Assembly: GCA_965214095.1 (NCBI GenBank)
Contig: OZ243938.1
Coordinates: forward strand, 3,936,001 to 4,000,000
Origin: Candidatus Poribacteria bacterium
GTDB lineage: Bacteria; Poribacteria; WGA-4E; WGA-3G
Direction: 5' to 3'
DNA length: 64,000 nt
The translations under genes and the position numbers were made by a program. Positions within the stretch are counted from its first letter, which is position 1; every line of letters starts with the position of its first letter. Positions 29,731 to 39,860 of the stretch are shown here, in pieces. Below the pieces are notes generated by a model that worked only from the letters and a program-made list of their open reading frames with translations, was not told the DNA's origin and did not search any database.

Positions 29731-30771
29731 CTACAAATCTAAATCGCTCAGATAATCGGCAATATGTTTCGGTTGTCCATCTTCTGTTGTTTCCATTGCA
29801 GCAATAACGAGAACGAAACTCTTGATATTGTCTTCGATCCGCGTATCAGAAGGTTCTCCACCGTCAAGCCAATCCAAAAACTCATTAAATAGATATTGAT
29901 GTGCGTAATGACTGATAGGAGGTGCTTCATAGACCTCTTTCTCACCACCAACCCGATGGATAGTCATTTGGTTTCCACCACCGATTTCAACAGTGCCTTC
30001 CTCAAATTCTGCACGGTAATGTTCTCCATTCCAACAATTGATGATACCTGCTGCGGTACTATTTCCTTCATAAGATGTGTGGACACCGTTATCCATCCTC
30101 ATCAGGTAGTAACCGCTTGAGAAATGCTTGAAACTGGACCATTCAGGATTCCAACCGAATCCAACCAGTGTTTCACAGTCTCCACCAGAGAGAAAACGTA
30201 GCATATCAAGATGATGTACTGATGCCTCAAAGAGCAGACTAAAGTCCATATCATGCCGCCAGTCTACACCCCAAGACAGATACCGACGATAATCACACGC
30301 ATATCTACCGACAATGTGCTGTAATCGTCCTAATCTGCCTTCCTCACGGATACGCACCAATTCCTGTTTATTGTTCGCGTATCGGTAATTTTGAATGATG
30401 GCACAAGGCAATCCAGTTTTCTGTGAAGTGCGTACCATCGCTTTAGCTGCCTCTAATGTATCTGCAATAGGTTTTTCACAGATAACTGGCATTCCATTTT
30501 CCATTGCTGCAACGGCTGCGGGACTATGAAATGGTGGTGGGGTTGCAACCCCACAAAAATCTGCTTTCACAGATGCACATGCTTCATTAAAATCGGTAAA
30601 GAGTTGAGAGGAACTCAGTCCTAACGCCTCACCTTGATTTTTTAGGACATCAGTTTTTACATCAGCCAAGCCGACAATCTCAACACGGTCACTGAAGTTA
30701 TTACGGAAGTTGTGAATCCAACCGCCAGCCATACCACTTCCACCAATCATCAAACATTTAAGTTTTGCCAT
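29731..30771 (-). CDS. Gfo/Idh/MocA family oxidoreductase
   Basis: MIGGSGMA, VICEKPIA, HHLDMLRFL. Confidence 0.88.
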   Translation of the reverse strand: MAKLKCLMIGGSGMAGGWIHNFRNNFSDRVEIVGLADVKTDVLKNQGEALGLSSSQLFTDFNEACASVKADFCGVATPPPFHSPAAVAAMENGMPVICEKPIADTLEAAKAMVRTSQKTGLPCAIIQNYRYANNKQELVRIREEGRLGRLQHIVGRYACDYRRYLSWGVDWRHDMDFSLLFEASVHHLDMLRFLSGGDCETLVGFGWNPEWSSFKHFSSGYYLMRMDNGVHTSYEGNSTAAGIINCWNGEHYRAEFEEGTVEIGGGNQMTIHRVGGEKEVYEAPPISHYAHQYLFNEFLDWLDGGEPSDTRIEDNIKSFVLVIAAMETTEDGQPKHIADYLSDLDL

Positions 30772-30826
30772 ATTTTCTCCTTCTTCAAAACTCTTGGTAA
30801 TGTGTTATATACATCTCAATTATAGA

Positions 30827-31342
30827 CTATTTTGTAATACTTTCCTGCATTATTTTGCCACGGTAGACATAATCATCTTTTCCGTTTCGGACACGTTCAA
30901 ATTCTGCTTCTGTTGCTTCTCGTCGGACCACTGCTGGTACACCCATTGCAATGGATCCAGATGGAATTTCCTGTCCTTCACGTACAAGTGTTCCCGCTGC
31001 AACAATTGCTCGTTCACCGATTTTACATCCGGTTAATAGAATTGCTCCCATACCGATGAGTGCTTCGTTACCAATAGTGCAGCTATGGAGAATTGCTCCG
31101 TGTCCAACAGTAACATCATCACCGATGAGACATGGGATTTCCTTGTCCATATGGATTACTGTCCCGTCTTGGATGTTTGTTCGACATCCGATATGTATTG
31201 GTTCTAAGTCTCCTCGTAATACACAGTTGAACCAGATACTTGATTCTTCACCTATTTTTACATCACCGATTATCATAGCACCTGGTGCTACAAAGACTGA
31301 TGAATGCACGCTTGGTGTTATTCCTTCATATTCTATCAGCAT
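30827..31342 (-). CDS. Gamma carbonic anhydrase family (YrdA-like) protein
   Basis: IIGDVKIG, VLRGD, TNIQDGTVIH, TVGHGAILH; hexapeptide repeats. Confidence 0.9.
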   Translation of the reverse strand: MLIEYEGITPSVHSSVFVAPGAMIIGDVKIGEESSIWFNCVLRGDLEPIHIGCRTNIQDGTVIHMDKEIPCLIGDDVTVGHGAILHSCTIGNEALIGMGAILLTGCKIGERAIVAAGTLVREGQEIPSGSIAMGVPAVVRREATEAEFERVRNGKDDYVYRGKIMQESITK

Positions 31343-31389
31343 TATCCTTTTTCCATTGATTCTTGTCAATTGTAATGATAAGATTACGT

Positions 31390-33024
31390 TTACTGCGGAA
31401 CTAATAACCTGCGAAGATTACTTACTCCGATACTATATAACATTACAAACATAGCAGCGAGGAATACTATAGAAATAAAGAAAATCAGTATTTTCTGTGA
31501 ATGCCATGCTACTATAGGTGCGATTATGATTGCTATATTAAAAAAAAGTGTCATTGTAAAAGTTAAGACTCTCAAAAGCGGTTTTGGTTGATTCGTCAGT
31601 TCTGCCATCCAAGGTAAAGTGCCTATTGTCGTATTCAATGCACATCCTGTTGGAAGGGTTATAATTGGCATCAACAGCAAAATCACCCAACTGTCTGTGG
31701 GAACTCGCAGCAGATATATTGCTATTATAGACCAGAATTCAGCGTAAAGCAACGCACAAAGTAAAGCAATCATAAATTTGCTGTTGAATAGTAAGTTCGG
31801 TTTGACAGGTGCAGATTTCATCATCCACCAAGTCTTTGCTTCATCCCGAAGTCCGTTGCAGCTGATACCGAATGTGATAAGGAAACTATAGAGAAGAATC
31901 TGAACGGACAGGAGTTCAGTTGTATATTCATCAGGTCCCGCGCCCACCCAAAATAGCACACTGATATGGATAATCAAAAAACAGGTTAACATGATGATTG
32001 CAATTACCCGTCCAGTATGTCGTATGAAGATTAAAAAGTCTTTCAACATCAAGGACTGTATCTTTCCACGTCGAAATAATAATGTAAAAGCACTTATGTG
32101 TGAAGTCGTGGCATTCCCGTTCTTGCGTGCAGGTTTACGTTTCGTTTTTAATTGTCGTATGTTCTCCCATCCACTTTGATATATCCATTGTGCTGTGAGA
32201 AATGCCAATCCAACAGATGCGATACTAATAACGAACCAACCAAGTATCCATCTCAATCGCATACCAATCGTAGTTTCATTTCCCCAACTTACTAAGAACT
32301 TTCCAATCCATTCGTGCGGATACCAAACTACGGTTGTATCAGCTGTTCTTGATGTTGTCCAATCCAGCAGAAGACTTTTCAAGGGGAACAAATCAGATCC
32401 AGCAAACAGGATGAATGAAAGTAAGAAACCTACTAACACACCAACAACAGTCCCAAGAGTCTTTAGTATTGTAAGAAGACCGGATGACGAGAAGAATCGC
32501 GCAATTACCATCATGCTTATTGTGACATTGCTCGCAATCAGAACGAGCAGGCCGATAGATACGGGTAATAACACTGCATAATAGTGCCACGGGTGTTGAT
32601 ATGTCAGACCGAAAACCACCCACGGGGGACCTAAAAAGCAGAGCATACTCATGAGACGCGAGACAGTGATGTGGATGAACTTGTATCCGAAGATAGTTAT
32701 TGGTCGAATTGGCGCGGTGTATAACATTTGCGTATCAGTTGCTTCATATAGTATTTTCAAAGAACTTTCCATCAACTCTTTTGCCACAATAATTATACCG
32801 AATACCATGAATCCGTTAATCACACTAAAAATGAGTTGAGATGGTGCATTGGTTTTATGTAAATGTGAGAAAAGCGTCCAACCTAATATAGATAACGATG
32901 CTATAAAGATTAGGTAACCTATGACCTTGAATATACTCTTTCGCCAACCTTCTTTATCGTGTTTTAGGTTGTTCAGCCATGCATAATAATCTGCTTTAAG
33001 AAGAATTGCAATATGTCTAAACAT
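31390..33024 (-). CDS. ABC-2 type transporter permease
   Basis: Many TM segments, KDFLIFIR motif, adjacent to the ABC ATPase. Confidence 0.8.
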   Translation of the reverse strand: MFRHIAILLKADYYAWLNNLKHDKEGWRKSIFKVIGYLIFIASLSILGWTLFSHLHKTNAPSQLIFSVINGFMVFGIIIVAKELMESSLKILYEATDTQMLYTAPIRPITIFGYKFIHITVSRLMSMLCFLGPPWVVFGLTYQHPWHYYAVLLPVSIGLLVLIASNVTISMMVIARFFSSSGLLTILKTLGTVVGVLVGFLLSFILFAGSDLFPLKSLLLDWTTSRTADTTVVWYPHEWIGKFLVSWGNETTIGMRLRWILGWFVISIASVGLAFLTAQWIYQSGWENIRQLKTKRKPARKNGNATTSHISAFTLLFRRGKIQSLMLKDFLIFIRHTGRVIAIIMLTCFLIIHISVLFWVGAGPDEYTTELLSVQILLYSFLITFGISCNGLRDEAKTWWMMKSAPVKPNLLFNSKFMIALLCALLYAEFWSIIAIYLLRVPTDSWVILLLMPIITLPTGCALNTTIGTLPWMAELTNQPKPLLRVLTFTMTLFFNIAIIIAPIVAWHSQKILIFFISIVFLAAMFVMLYSIGVSNLRRLLVPQ

Positions 33025-33054
33025 GAGATATTGAATTAAGACTTTTCACAACCT

Positions 33055-33813
33055 TTAGGTGTCTGTAGTAAGATCAAGGAATATATCTTCTAGTGTCTCA
33101 ACCTCATCGGTATTATTCTTTATAGGTTGTGTAGACATTTCTCGTTTCCTATTCTGTAGCTCAGCGAGTGTTCCAACAGCGATTAATTTTCCCTTACTGA
33201 TAATACCCACTCTATCACAAATCCGTTCCGCGATTTCCAAAATGTGTGTTGTCATAAAGACGGTACATCCCTGTTCACAACGTTGGCGTAATATTTCTCT
33301 CACTGTGCGTGCACTTCTGGGGTCTAATCCGCTTGTAGGTTCATCAAGGAATAGAATTTGTGGATGGTGTATGAGGACAGAGATAAGCAGTATTTTCTTC
33401 TGCATGCCGTAGGAATAACCCTTAATTTGGTCATCAGCAGCGTCATCTAATTCAAGCTGTTCAAGTAATGCTCCCATTTCATTTTCAGCTTGTTGAGGAG
33501 GCACTTCATATAAATCTGCTATCATCCGAACAAACTGTCGTCCACTCAAAGCCTCGTATAAATGGGGTGTATCGGGCATCAAACCGAGGATTGCTTTTGC
33601 TTGTAAGCTCTGCTCTTGTATATCGTATCCAGCAAGTTTTGCTGTTCCAGAAGATGGACGAAGTAATCCAGTCAACATGTTGATACTGGTTGTCTTACCT
33701 GCCCCGTTGGGACCGAGAAACCCGAAGATTTCACCTGCGTCAACTTGCAGCATGAGTGAATCTACAGCACACAACTGACCGAAGTATTTGGTAAGATTGT
33801 AGGTTTCAATCAT
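33055..33813 (-). CDS. ABC transporter ATP-binding protein
   Basis: GPNGAGKT, YSYGM, FLDEPTSGLDP, TTH. Confidence 0.93.
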   Translation of the reverse strand: MIETYNLTKYFGQLCAVDSLMLQVDAGEIFGFLGPNGAGKTTSINMLTGLLRPSSGTAKLAGYDIQEQSLQAKAILGLMPDTPHLYEALSGRQFVRMIADLYEVPPQQAENEMGALLEQLELDDAADDQIKGYSYGMQKKILLISVLIHHPQILFLDEPTSGLDPRSARTVREILRQRCEQGCTVFMTTHILEIAERICDRVGIISKGKLIAVGTLAELQNRKREMSTQPIKNNTDEVETLEDIFLDLTTDT

Positions 33814-34489
33814 TCTGACTACTGCCAAGAATATCCTTTTTTAGAGCTGCTAATGCTGCATCTACGTTGAAATCTTCTTGAGCTGTTTCGGTTGATAGCA
33901 TATTCCGCTGGTTCCGTTGTTCCCACATTTTCGCTTCAGTTTCTGCCTTTTTTGCCATCTTTTCAGCATTCTGAACAACTTGATCAATATCAATGACAAG
34001 TTCAATGTCTTCAAATTCAGCCAATACTTTATAGAATTCATCCCGAGTGCTTGCATGCTCTTGATTTTGAATTAACGCATCAACTTGATTTGAAATGTTA
34101 ATGAAACGGTTATAAACTTCAAGTAGTTCCGTCTTGAGTTGTGCAACGACGGTTTCTTGTGCAAGGATTCGATGTTCTAAGTCATGGACAAGTTGTAAGT
34201 ACTTTTTCCTTTGCTGCTGAAGTTCGTTTGCTTCTTGGTCGTCATTATTCTGTAGCAATATATCAACTCTGTTTTCACATCTGTTCGCCGCGTCAATTGC
34301 TTCGCGATATGCACGTTTGAGTTTCTGTTCGTCGGCGATTGCGGTTGCTACAAGTTTTTTCGCTTTTTGTATCTGCTGTTTCATATCCGTAATCATCTTT
34401 TCAAGAACAGATTCGCTCTTTTCGGCATTTTCTATGAATTGATTGATGTTCTCCTTAATCTGTTCTGAAATCTGTTTTAATCTCTTCAT
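33806..34489 (-). CDS. PspA/IM30 family protein (divergent)
   Basis: Amphipathic N-terminus (KRLKQISEQIKENIN), ATAIADEQKL, C-terminal VDAALAALKK; overlaps the ABC ATPase start. Confidence 0.75.
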   Translation of the reverse strand: MKRLKQISEQIKENINQFIENAEKSESVLEKMITDMKQQIQKAKKLVATAIADEQKLKRAYREAIDAANRCENRVDILLQNNDDQEANELQQQRKKYLQLVHDLEHRILAQETVVAQLKTELLEVYNRFINISNQVDALIQNQEHASTRDEFYKVLAEFEDIELVIDIDQVVQNAEKMAKKAETEAKMWEQRNQRNMLSTETAQEDFNVDAALAALKKDILGSSQND

Positions 34490-34689
34490 TGTCCAATTCC
34501 TCCGGAAATAACATCTTGAATATACCGATCTTCACCATATTGTAAGAATGAAAACCTATGTGCTAATTTTACTTAAAAGAGACACCTATACCTGAGAAGA
34601 TAGAAAAAATCTGATTGTTATGAATGACGTTTAGGGATCTAAAACTCACTAATGCTATTGATCATATTCCTATCAACTGTATTATACAT

Positions 34690-35565
34690 TTACGGATTTG
34701 ATCCCAATGTCTCGTAATTTGCGTTAACAAGGTCTACTCCAAAGCTCCTCAATCTTGACATAATTGTATGGATAGCAGCGATATTGCTATCAATTAAGAT
34801 TGAGGAACGGTTGTGTATAGCGGCAGATTCACCGAATGTACCACTGCCCGCAAAAAAATCCAATAACATATCACCTGGAGATGAATGTACTTTAACAATA
34901 CGATTTAGTATACCAAGTGGTTTCTGTGTCGGGTACCCTGTTTTTTCATGTCCACTTGTACTGACGATGGTATGCCACCAGACATCAGTCGGTGTTTTGC
35001 CACGCGCTGCCTTCTCTTTACCCACTAAACCGGGTGCCATATATGGAATCCTATCCATCTCTTCATAATTGAATGTATAAAGTTTAGGTGTTTTAGCATA
35101 CCACAAGATATTATTGTGTTTCGTGGGCCAGCGTGATTTTGATCTCCCACCGTAATCATAAGCCCATATTATTTCATTGATGAATGACTCGCGTCCAAAT
35201 ATCTCATCAAGTATTACCTTACAATAATGCACCTCACGATAATCAATATGAAGGAAAAAGCTGCCATACGGATGAAGAACACGATAGGCTTCTTCAAAAC
35301 GTGGTCGCAGAAATTTTAAGTATACATTTGAACTCTCAAATTTATCTGAGTAATGTCTGGTTTCTCCTTTGTAAGTTTTGTAAGTCTTTCCTTGAAAACC
35401 TACCCGATCTCCTTTATCATCTTGTTCTACCTGTATTTCAGTACGCAATTGGTATTTTCCAGTATTGAAGGGCGGGTCAATGTATATAAGATTGATGCTC
35501 TCATCTGAGACATGCTCTTGAAGAATTGTGAGGTTATCCCCATAAAATAGTGAGTGTTTTGACAT
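34690..35565 (-). CDS. Site-specific DNA methyltransferase (N6-A/N4-C, beta class), apparently orphan
   Basis: IYIDPPF before LDFFAGSGT; YPTQKP. Confidence 0.9.
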   Translation of the reverse strand: MSKHSLFYGDNLTILQEHVSDESINLIYIDPPFNTGKYQLRTEIQVEQDDKGDRVGFQGKTYKTYKGETRHYSDKFESSNVYLKFLRPRFEEAYRVLHPYGSFFLHIDYREVHYCKVILDEIFGRESFINEIIWAYDYGGRSKSRWPTKHNNILWYAKTPKLYTFNYEEMDRIPYMAPGLVGKEKAARGKTPTDVWWHTIVSTSGHEKTGYPTQKPLGILNRIVKVHSSPGDMLLDFFAGSGTFGESAAIHNRSSILIDSNIAAIHTIMSRLRSFGVDLVNANYETLGSNP

Positions 35566-35588
35566 ACAGATATTATTAGATTTGTGTT

Positions 35589-35729
35589 TTATAGTAAAAA
35601 ACTATAATTATTTACACACTACGGTAGGTTCGGTTTCCTAACCGAACCGGTGTTTGTTCAGTGTCATAGATGTGGTTAGGAAACCGCATCTACCGGGGAG
35701 TGTGCACATATTTTTATATTTCACTATAG
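35589..35729. mobile_element. Family B MITE/REPIN-like element, copy 2 (inverted)
   Basis: TATAGTAAAAA...TTTCACTATAG ends; reverse complement of the 24444 and 54420 copies. Confidence 0.75.
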
Positions 35730-35833
35730 AATATATTGTAAGAATAAGATGAACTGACTTTTTTGTGGATAAATTATATCAGAGTCTGTATAATTTATCC
35801 ACATCTTTTCACTATGGCAAAAGAGAATTGTCC

Positions 35834-35862
35834 TTGACGACAGACGATTTTTGGTGTAAAAT
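35834..35862 (+). promoter_or_regulatory. Putative sigma70 promoter for ruvX-mltG-lpxC/fabZ-lpxA
   Basis: TTGACG-17nt-TAAAAT. Confidence 0.5.
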
Positions 35863-35916
35863 TTTTATGTAGTATATATCATAAAGCATGCCCGATTTAA
35901 ATTAGAAGGAGTGAGT

Positions 35917-36339
35917 ATGTCTGTATTACTCGGTTTAGATGTCGGTGACGTGAGAATTGGTGTTGCAGTCAGCGACGTGCTTGGAAGTGGAGCTCACCCA
36001 TTATGTACACTGACTCGGACAAATAGACAACGTGATATTATCGCAATAGGTGATCTGGTTTCTATCCATGAAGTAGAACGCATCGTTATTGGTCTACCTA
36101 TCTCACTTGATGGGACAATTGGCACACAGGCAGAGAAGGTACAAAAATTTGGGGCTCGATTGTCGGAAGGACTGGATGTACCAGTTGAATTCTTGGACGA
36201 GAGATTTACTACTGCTGAAGCTGAGGATATTTTAGATACGCTGGAAATGAATCCGAAGGAACGAAAAAAAATTATTGATCAAGTTTCGGCTGTGATAATC
36301 CTTGATGAATATCTACGCGAACATTCAGTGGATGAGTAA
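35917..36339 (+). CDS. ruvX: Holliday junction resolvase-like / pre-16S rRNA nuclease YqgF
   Basis: LGLDVGDVRIGVAVSD, VIGLP, DERFTT, IDQVSAVIIL. Confidence 0.92.
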   Translation: MSVLLGLDVGDVRIGVAVSDVLGSGAHPLCTLTRTNRQRDIIAIGDLVSIHEVERIVIGLPISLDGTIGTQAEKVQKFGARLSEGLDVPVEFLDERFTTAEAEDILDTLEMNPKERKKIIDQVSAVIILDEYLREHSVDE

Positions 36340-36414
36340 TGGCAATTTATTGGTATATATTTGAACAGTTGAGTAGAATTCAAATAATTGGCATTACTGA
36401 TTTGGAGACAGTCC

Positions 36415-37467
36415 ATGTTTCTACGGAATATTGTTGCCGTATTAACTCGGAAACGAGTTGTCCGATTCGGATTATATACACTCGGATGTCTTGGAATCTT
36501 ATGCTTATGTCTTGTTTTAGTTGGGGCATATTACATATCACCGACCGCTTCGTCAGAGGAAATTGTTTCAGTAACAATTGTACCGGGAAGTAGCACATCA
36601 GTAATAGCGAAACACCTGGCTACAAATAATCTGATCCGTAGTCCTCTGGCATTCAAACTTGCAGTTCGGTATCGTGGTATTGGAACGCAACTCCGTGCAG
36701 GTACTTACGAACTCAGTCGGGATATGCCGCTTACGCGGATTCTTGATGAACTGAAAAAAGGGCATATTGAATATAAAACCTTTACTGTACCAGAGGGTTT
36801 TACGGCTAAAGCGATAGCTGAACTTTGGAAGGAATCTGGTTTAGGCAAAATAGAAACGTTTCGTAGCGCGATGAAATCCCCTGAATTATTGGAAAAGTAT
36901 CTGCCAGAAGGGATTTCAGCGGAAGGTTATCTTTTTCCAGACACTTACAAATTTGCTAAAGGGAGTAGCGCAGAAACAGTTGTACAGATGATGCTTTCTG
37001 AATCTGACAAAAGATGGACTGAGACGTTGGCTGAAGAAGCAGAGGTCTTAGGGTTAACTCGTCATCAAGTGATTACGTTAGCATCTATTATTCAAAGGGA
37101 AGCAGGTTCTGGATCAGAGATTCCCCGAATTGCAGGCGTATTTCACAATAGACTTAAACATAAATGGAAACTTCAAGCTGATCCGACTGTGCTCTACGCT
37201 CTGGGTGATCCAAAAAGATTGTTGACAAGAGCAGACCTAAAGGTTGAATCACCCTATAATACATATCTTCATAAAGGTCTACCACCGGGACCAATTGGTA
37301 ATCCGGGTATGGCAAGTATTTTAGGAGCGTTAAGACCGGAGAAAACACCTTATTTCTATTTTGTGGCTATTGAGAAAGGGAAACACCATTTCTCAAAGAC
37401 GCTTGATGAACATAATCGGATGATTCGTCAGATTCGACGGAAAAGAGCGGCATTAAGGAACCAATAG
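36415..37467 (+). CDS. mltG: Endolytic transglycosylase MltG
   Basis: TVPEG, EGYLFPDTY, LASIIQRE, LQADPT, SPYNTY, GLPPGPIGNPG. Confidence 0.93.
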   Translation: MFLRNIVAVLTRKRVVRFGLYTLGCLGILCLCLVLVGAYYISPTASSEEIVSVTIVPGSSTSVIAKHLATNNLIRSPLAFKLAVRYRGIGTQLRAGTYELSRDMPLTRILDELKKGHIEYKTFTVPEGFTAKAIAELWKESGLGKIETFRSAMKSPELLEKYLPEGISAEGYLFPDTYKFAKGSSAETVVQMMLSESDKRWTETLAEEAEVLGLTRHQVITLASIIQREAGSGSEIPRIAGVFHNRLKHKWKLQADPTVLYALGDPKRLLTRADLKVESPYNTYLHKGLPPGPIGNPGMASILGALRPEKTPYFYFVAIEKGKHHFSKTLDEHNRMIRQIRRKRAALRNQ

Positions 37468-37543
37468 TCGTATAATATACAACATATCAAACAAAATAAT
37501 CTATAAATAAACATATACATGTGATCGGAGTCAAATACTTTAT

Positions 37544-38860
37544 ATGGGAAATGTTGAATCACAACAAACACTTCAGTCCGAAGTCAAATTTACCGGCATA
37601 GGTTTGATGCTGGGAGAACAGGTTGAACTAACTATAAAACCTGCTCCTGCGGATACCGGTATTGTTTTTCAACGGATTGACCTACCGGATTCACCTGAAG
37701 TGAAAGTCTGTCCTGAGAACTGGGAAGATATTTTGCCACGATGTACAAGTCTACAACACGGTGAAACAACTATTAGTAGTATAGAGCATCTTTTATCTGC
37801 TCTTGCTGGACTTAAGATTGACAATGCTATAGTTGAATTAAATGCACAGGAACCCCCTGGACTTGATGGTAGTGCATTGCAATATGTAACGAAAATACAG
37901 CAAGTAGGATTGGTTCAGTTAGATGCACCCCGCAGTTATGTTGAAGTTTCTGAGCCTTTCGTTGTTTATGATGACGATAAGCAGCTTCTCTTTCTCCCAT
38001 CTGATACCTTTGAGGTGACATTTGCTTATGATCATCCGCTTACATCCCCACAATTTGCAACATGGGAGATGACAGTAGAGACATATATCAATGACATTGC
38101 TCCTGCACGTAGTTTCTGTTTTGAAGCGGAGATTGAAGCATTACAGGCTCTTGGAATTGGGAAAGGGGCAAGTTATGAAAATGTTTTAGTTGTCAAAGAA
38201 ACTGGTGAAACAAGTTCGGATTTGCGGTTTCATGATGAATTTGTGCGTCATAAAACACTGGATTTAATCGGAGACCTTTATCTTGCAGGATATCTACCGA
38301 AAGCACAAGTTATAGCGATGCGAACTGGACATACATTCCATGCGGAATTTGTTCAAGCACTGGCGGAAAAAGGTATACTTGATCAAGTCAAATCGGGAGA
38401 CAGTCAGGAGATTCAACCTATAGAGGCAAAAGACATCTATCGAATTTTACCACATCGACATCCAATGTGCTTACTGGATCGTGTCATTGAGTATGAGAAC
38501 GGAAAAAGTGCCGTTGGTATAAAGAACCTAACATATAACGAACCTATATTTGAAGGGCATTTTCCTGTTCAACCTGTTATGCCAGGAGTTCTGCAAGTGG
38601 AAGCACTCGCGCAACTTGGGGCATGGCTGCTGCTACAAGAAATCGGAGAAGAGGATCAACTCGGTTATTTTCGTTCAATTAGCAAAGCGACCTTTCGCAA
38701 AACTGTTATACCGGGAGATCAACTCCGTTTAGAAATAGAGATTATTCAACGACGTAGCACTTTGGCAAAAATTTCTGGTGAGGTGTATGTAGATGGTGCG
38801 CTTGCTACCGAAGCGGAATTGTCTATTGCACTGGCTGCGAATGAAACCGAGAGCACCTAA
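37544..38860 (+). CDS. lpxC/fabZ: Bifunctional LpxC deacetylase / FabZ dehydratase
   Basis: IEHLLSAL and HKTLDLIGDL (LpxC); LPHRHP, FEGHFP, MPGVL (FabZ). Confidence 0.92.
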   Translation: MGNVESQQTLQSEVKFTGIGLMLGEQVELTIKPAPADTGIVFQRIDLPDSPEVKVCPENWEDILPRCTSLQHGETTISSIEHLLSALAGLKIDNAIVELNAQEPPGLDGSALQYVTKIQQVGLVQLDAPRSYVEVSEPFVVYDDDKQLLFLPSDTFEVTFAYDHPLTSPQFATWEMTVETYINDIAPARSFCFEAEIEALQALGIGKGASYENVLVVKETGETSSDLRFHDEFVRHKTLDLIGDLYLAGYLPKAQVIAMRTGHTFHAEFVQALAEKGILDQVKSGDSQEIQPIEAKDIYRILPHRHPMCLLDRVIEYENGKSAVGIKNLTYNEPIFEGHFPVQPVMPGVLQVEALAQLGAWLLLQEIGEEDQLGYFRSISKATFRKTVIPGDQLRLEIEIIQRRSTLAKISGEVYVDGALATEAELSIALAANETEST

Positions 38861-38923
38861 CATGTCAAAATCCTTGTGAATTCATTTGAATGTGAATAAC
38901 TATAAGAAAGTAGAGGGGTACTT

Positions 38924-39742
38924 GTGATAGAAACAAACATTCACCCAACGGCAATCATTTCACCAAAGTCCGAAATAGGAGAAGGTGTTCGTATTGAACC
39001 TTATACCATTGTTGAAGACCATGTGCAGATTGGTGCAAATACTGTGATTGGACCGCATGTTCAGATAGGAAAATGGACAACGATAGGTGAGGATTGCCAG
39101 ATATATTTCGGTGCTTCAGTTGGGAATCCGTCAAAAGATCTGAAATATAAAGGTGAACGGAGTTATGTCCGCATTGGCAACCGAAATGTGTTGCGTGAAT
39201 ATGTTTCTATTTCTCGTTCTACTTTTGAAGATGATGAGACTGTTGTGGGGGATGACAATCTGTTTATGAATTGGGTAAACATCGCTCATGATTGTATTAT
39301 CGGTAGTCGAGTCATTATGGCGAATTTCGCTACGCTTGCTGGACATGTCGTCATTGAAGATGATGTACGTTTAGGTGCGTATGCTGCGTTACATCAATTT
39401 GTGCGTGTCGGTAGAATGGCGATGGCGGGGGGCTGTTCAAAAATCGTTCAAGACATACCACCTTACATGCTATCTGCTGGTCAACCTGCCCGTGTTCGTG
39501 ACCTAAATCGTTTGGGTATACGGACATCCCAAATCAATCCGTTATCTAAATTATCACCTGAAACATTTGCCCTCCTGAAGAAAGCCTACCGTATTTTGTT
39601 CCGTTCAGGTTTACCCTTAAAACATGCTGTTACTAAAGCAAGAGCGGAATTACCTTCGGATCCAGACCTTGATTATCTACTCAGTTTTATAGAGGCATCA
39701 AAACGTGGTGTTGGTTTTAGCCATCCTAATCGATCTTTGTAG
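38924..39742 (+). CDS. lpxA: UDP-N-acetylglucosamine O-acyltransferase
   Basis: IHPTAII, DLKYKGE, IAHDC, LAGHV, HQFVRVG, QDIPPY. Confidence 0.93.
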   Translation: MIETNIHPTAIISPKSEIGEGVRIEPYTIVEDHVQIGANTVIGPHVQIGKWTTIGEDCQIYFGASVGNPSKDLKYKGERSYVRIGNRNVLREYVSISRSTFEDDETVVGDDNLFMNWVNIAHDCIIGSRVIMANFATLAGHVVIEDDVRLGAYAALHQFVRVGRMAMAGGCSKIVQDIPPYMLSAGQPARVRDLNRLGIRTSQINPLSKLSPETFALLKKAYRILFRSGLPLKHAVTKARAELPSDPDLDYLLSFIEASKRGVGFSHPNRSL

Positions 39743-39860
39743 GGATGGGTGGACAGAATTGAACAAGGTTATTTCTTGCACATACATACCTAATTGTGGT
39801 GTAAGTATCAGATAAGAGAGATTCATATTCTACTTGATGAGCTTGTTCGGAGTATAGATC

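Noticed and set aside
37544-38860. LpxC-FabZ fusion as a novelty
   Set aside because: This bifunctional architecture is already known, for example in Bacteroidota.
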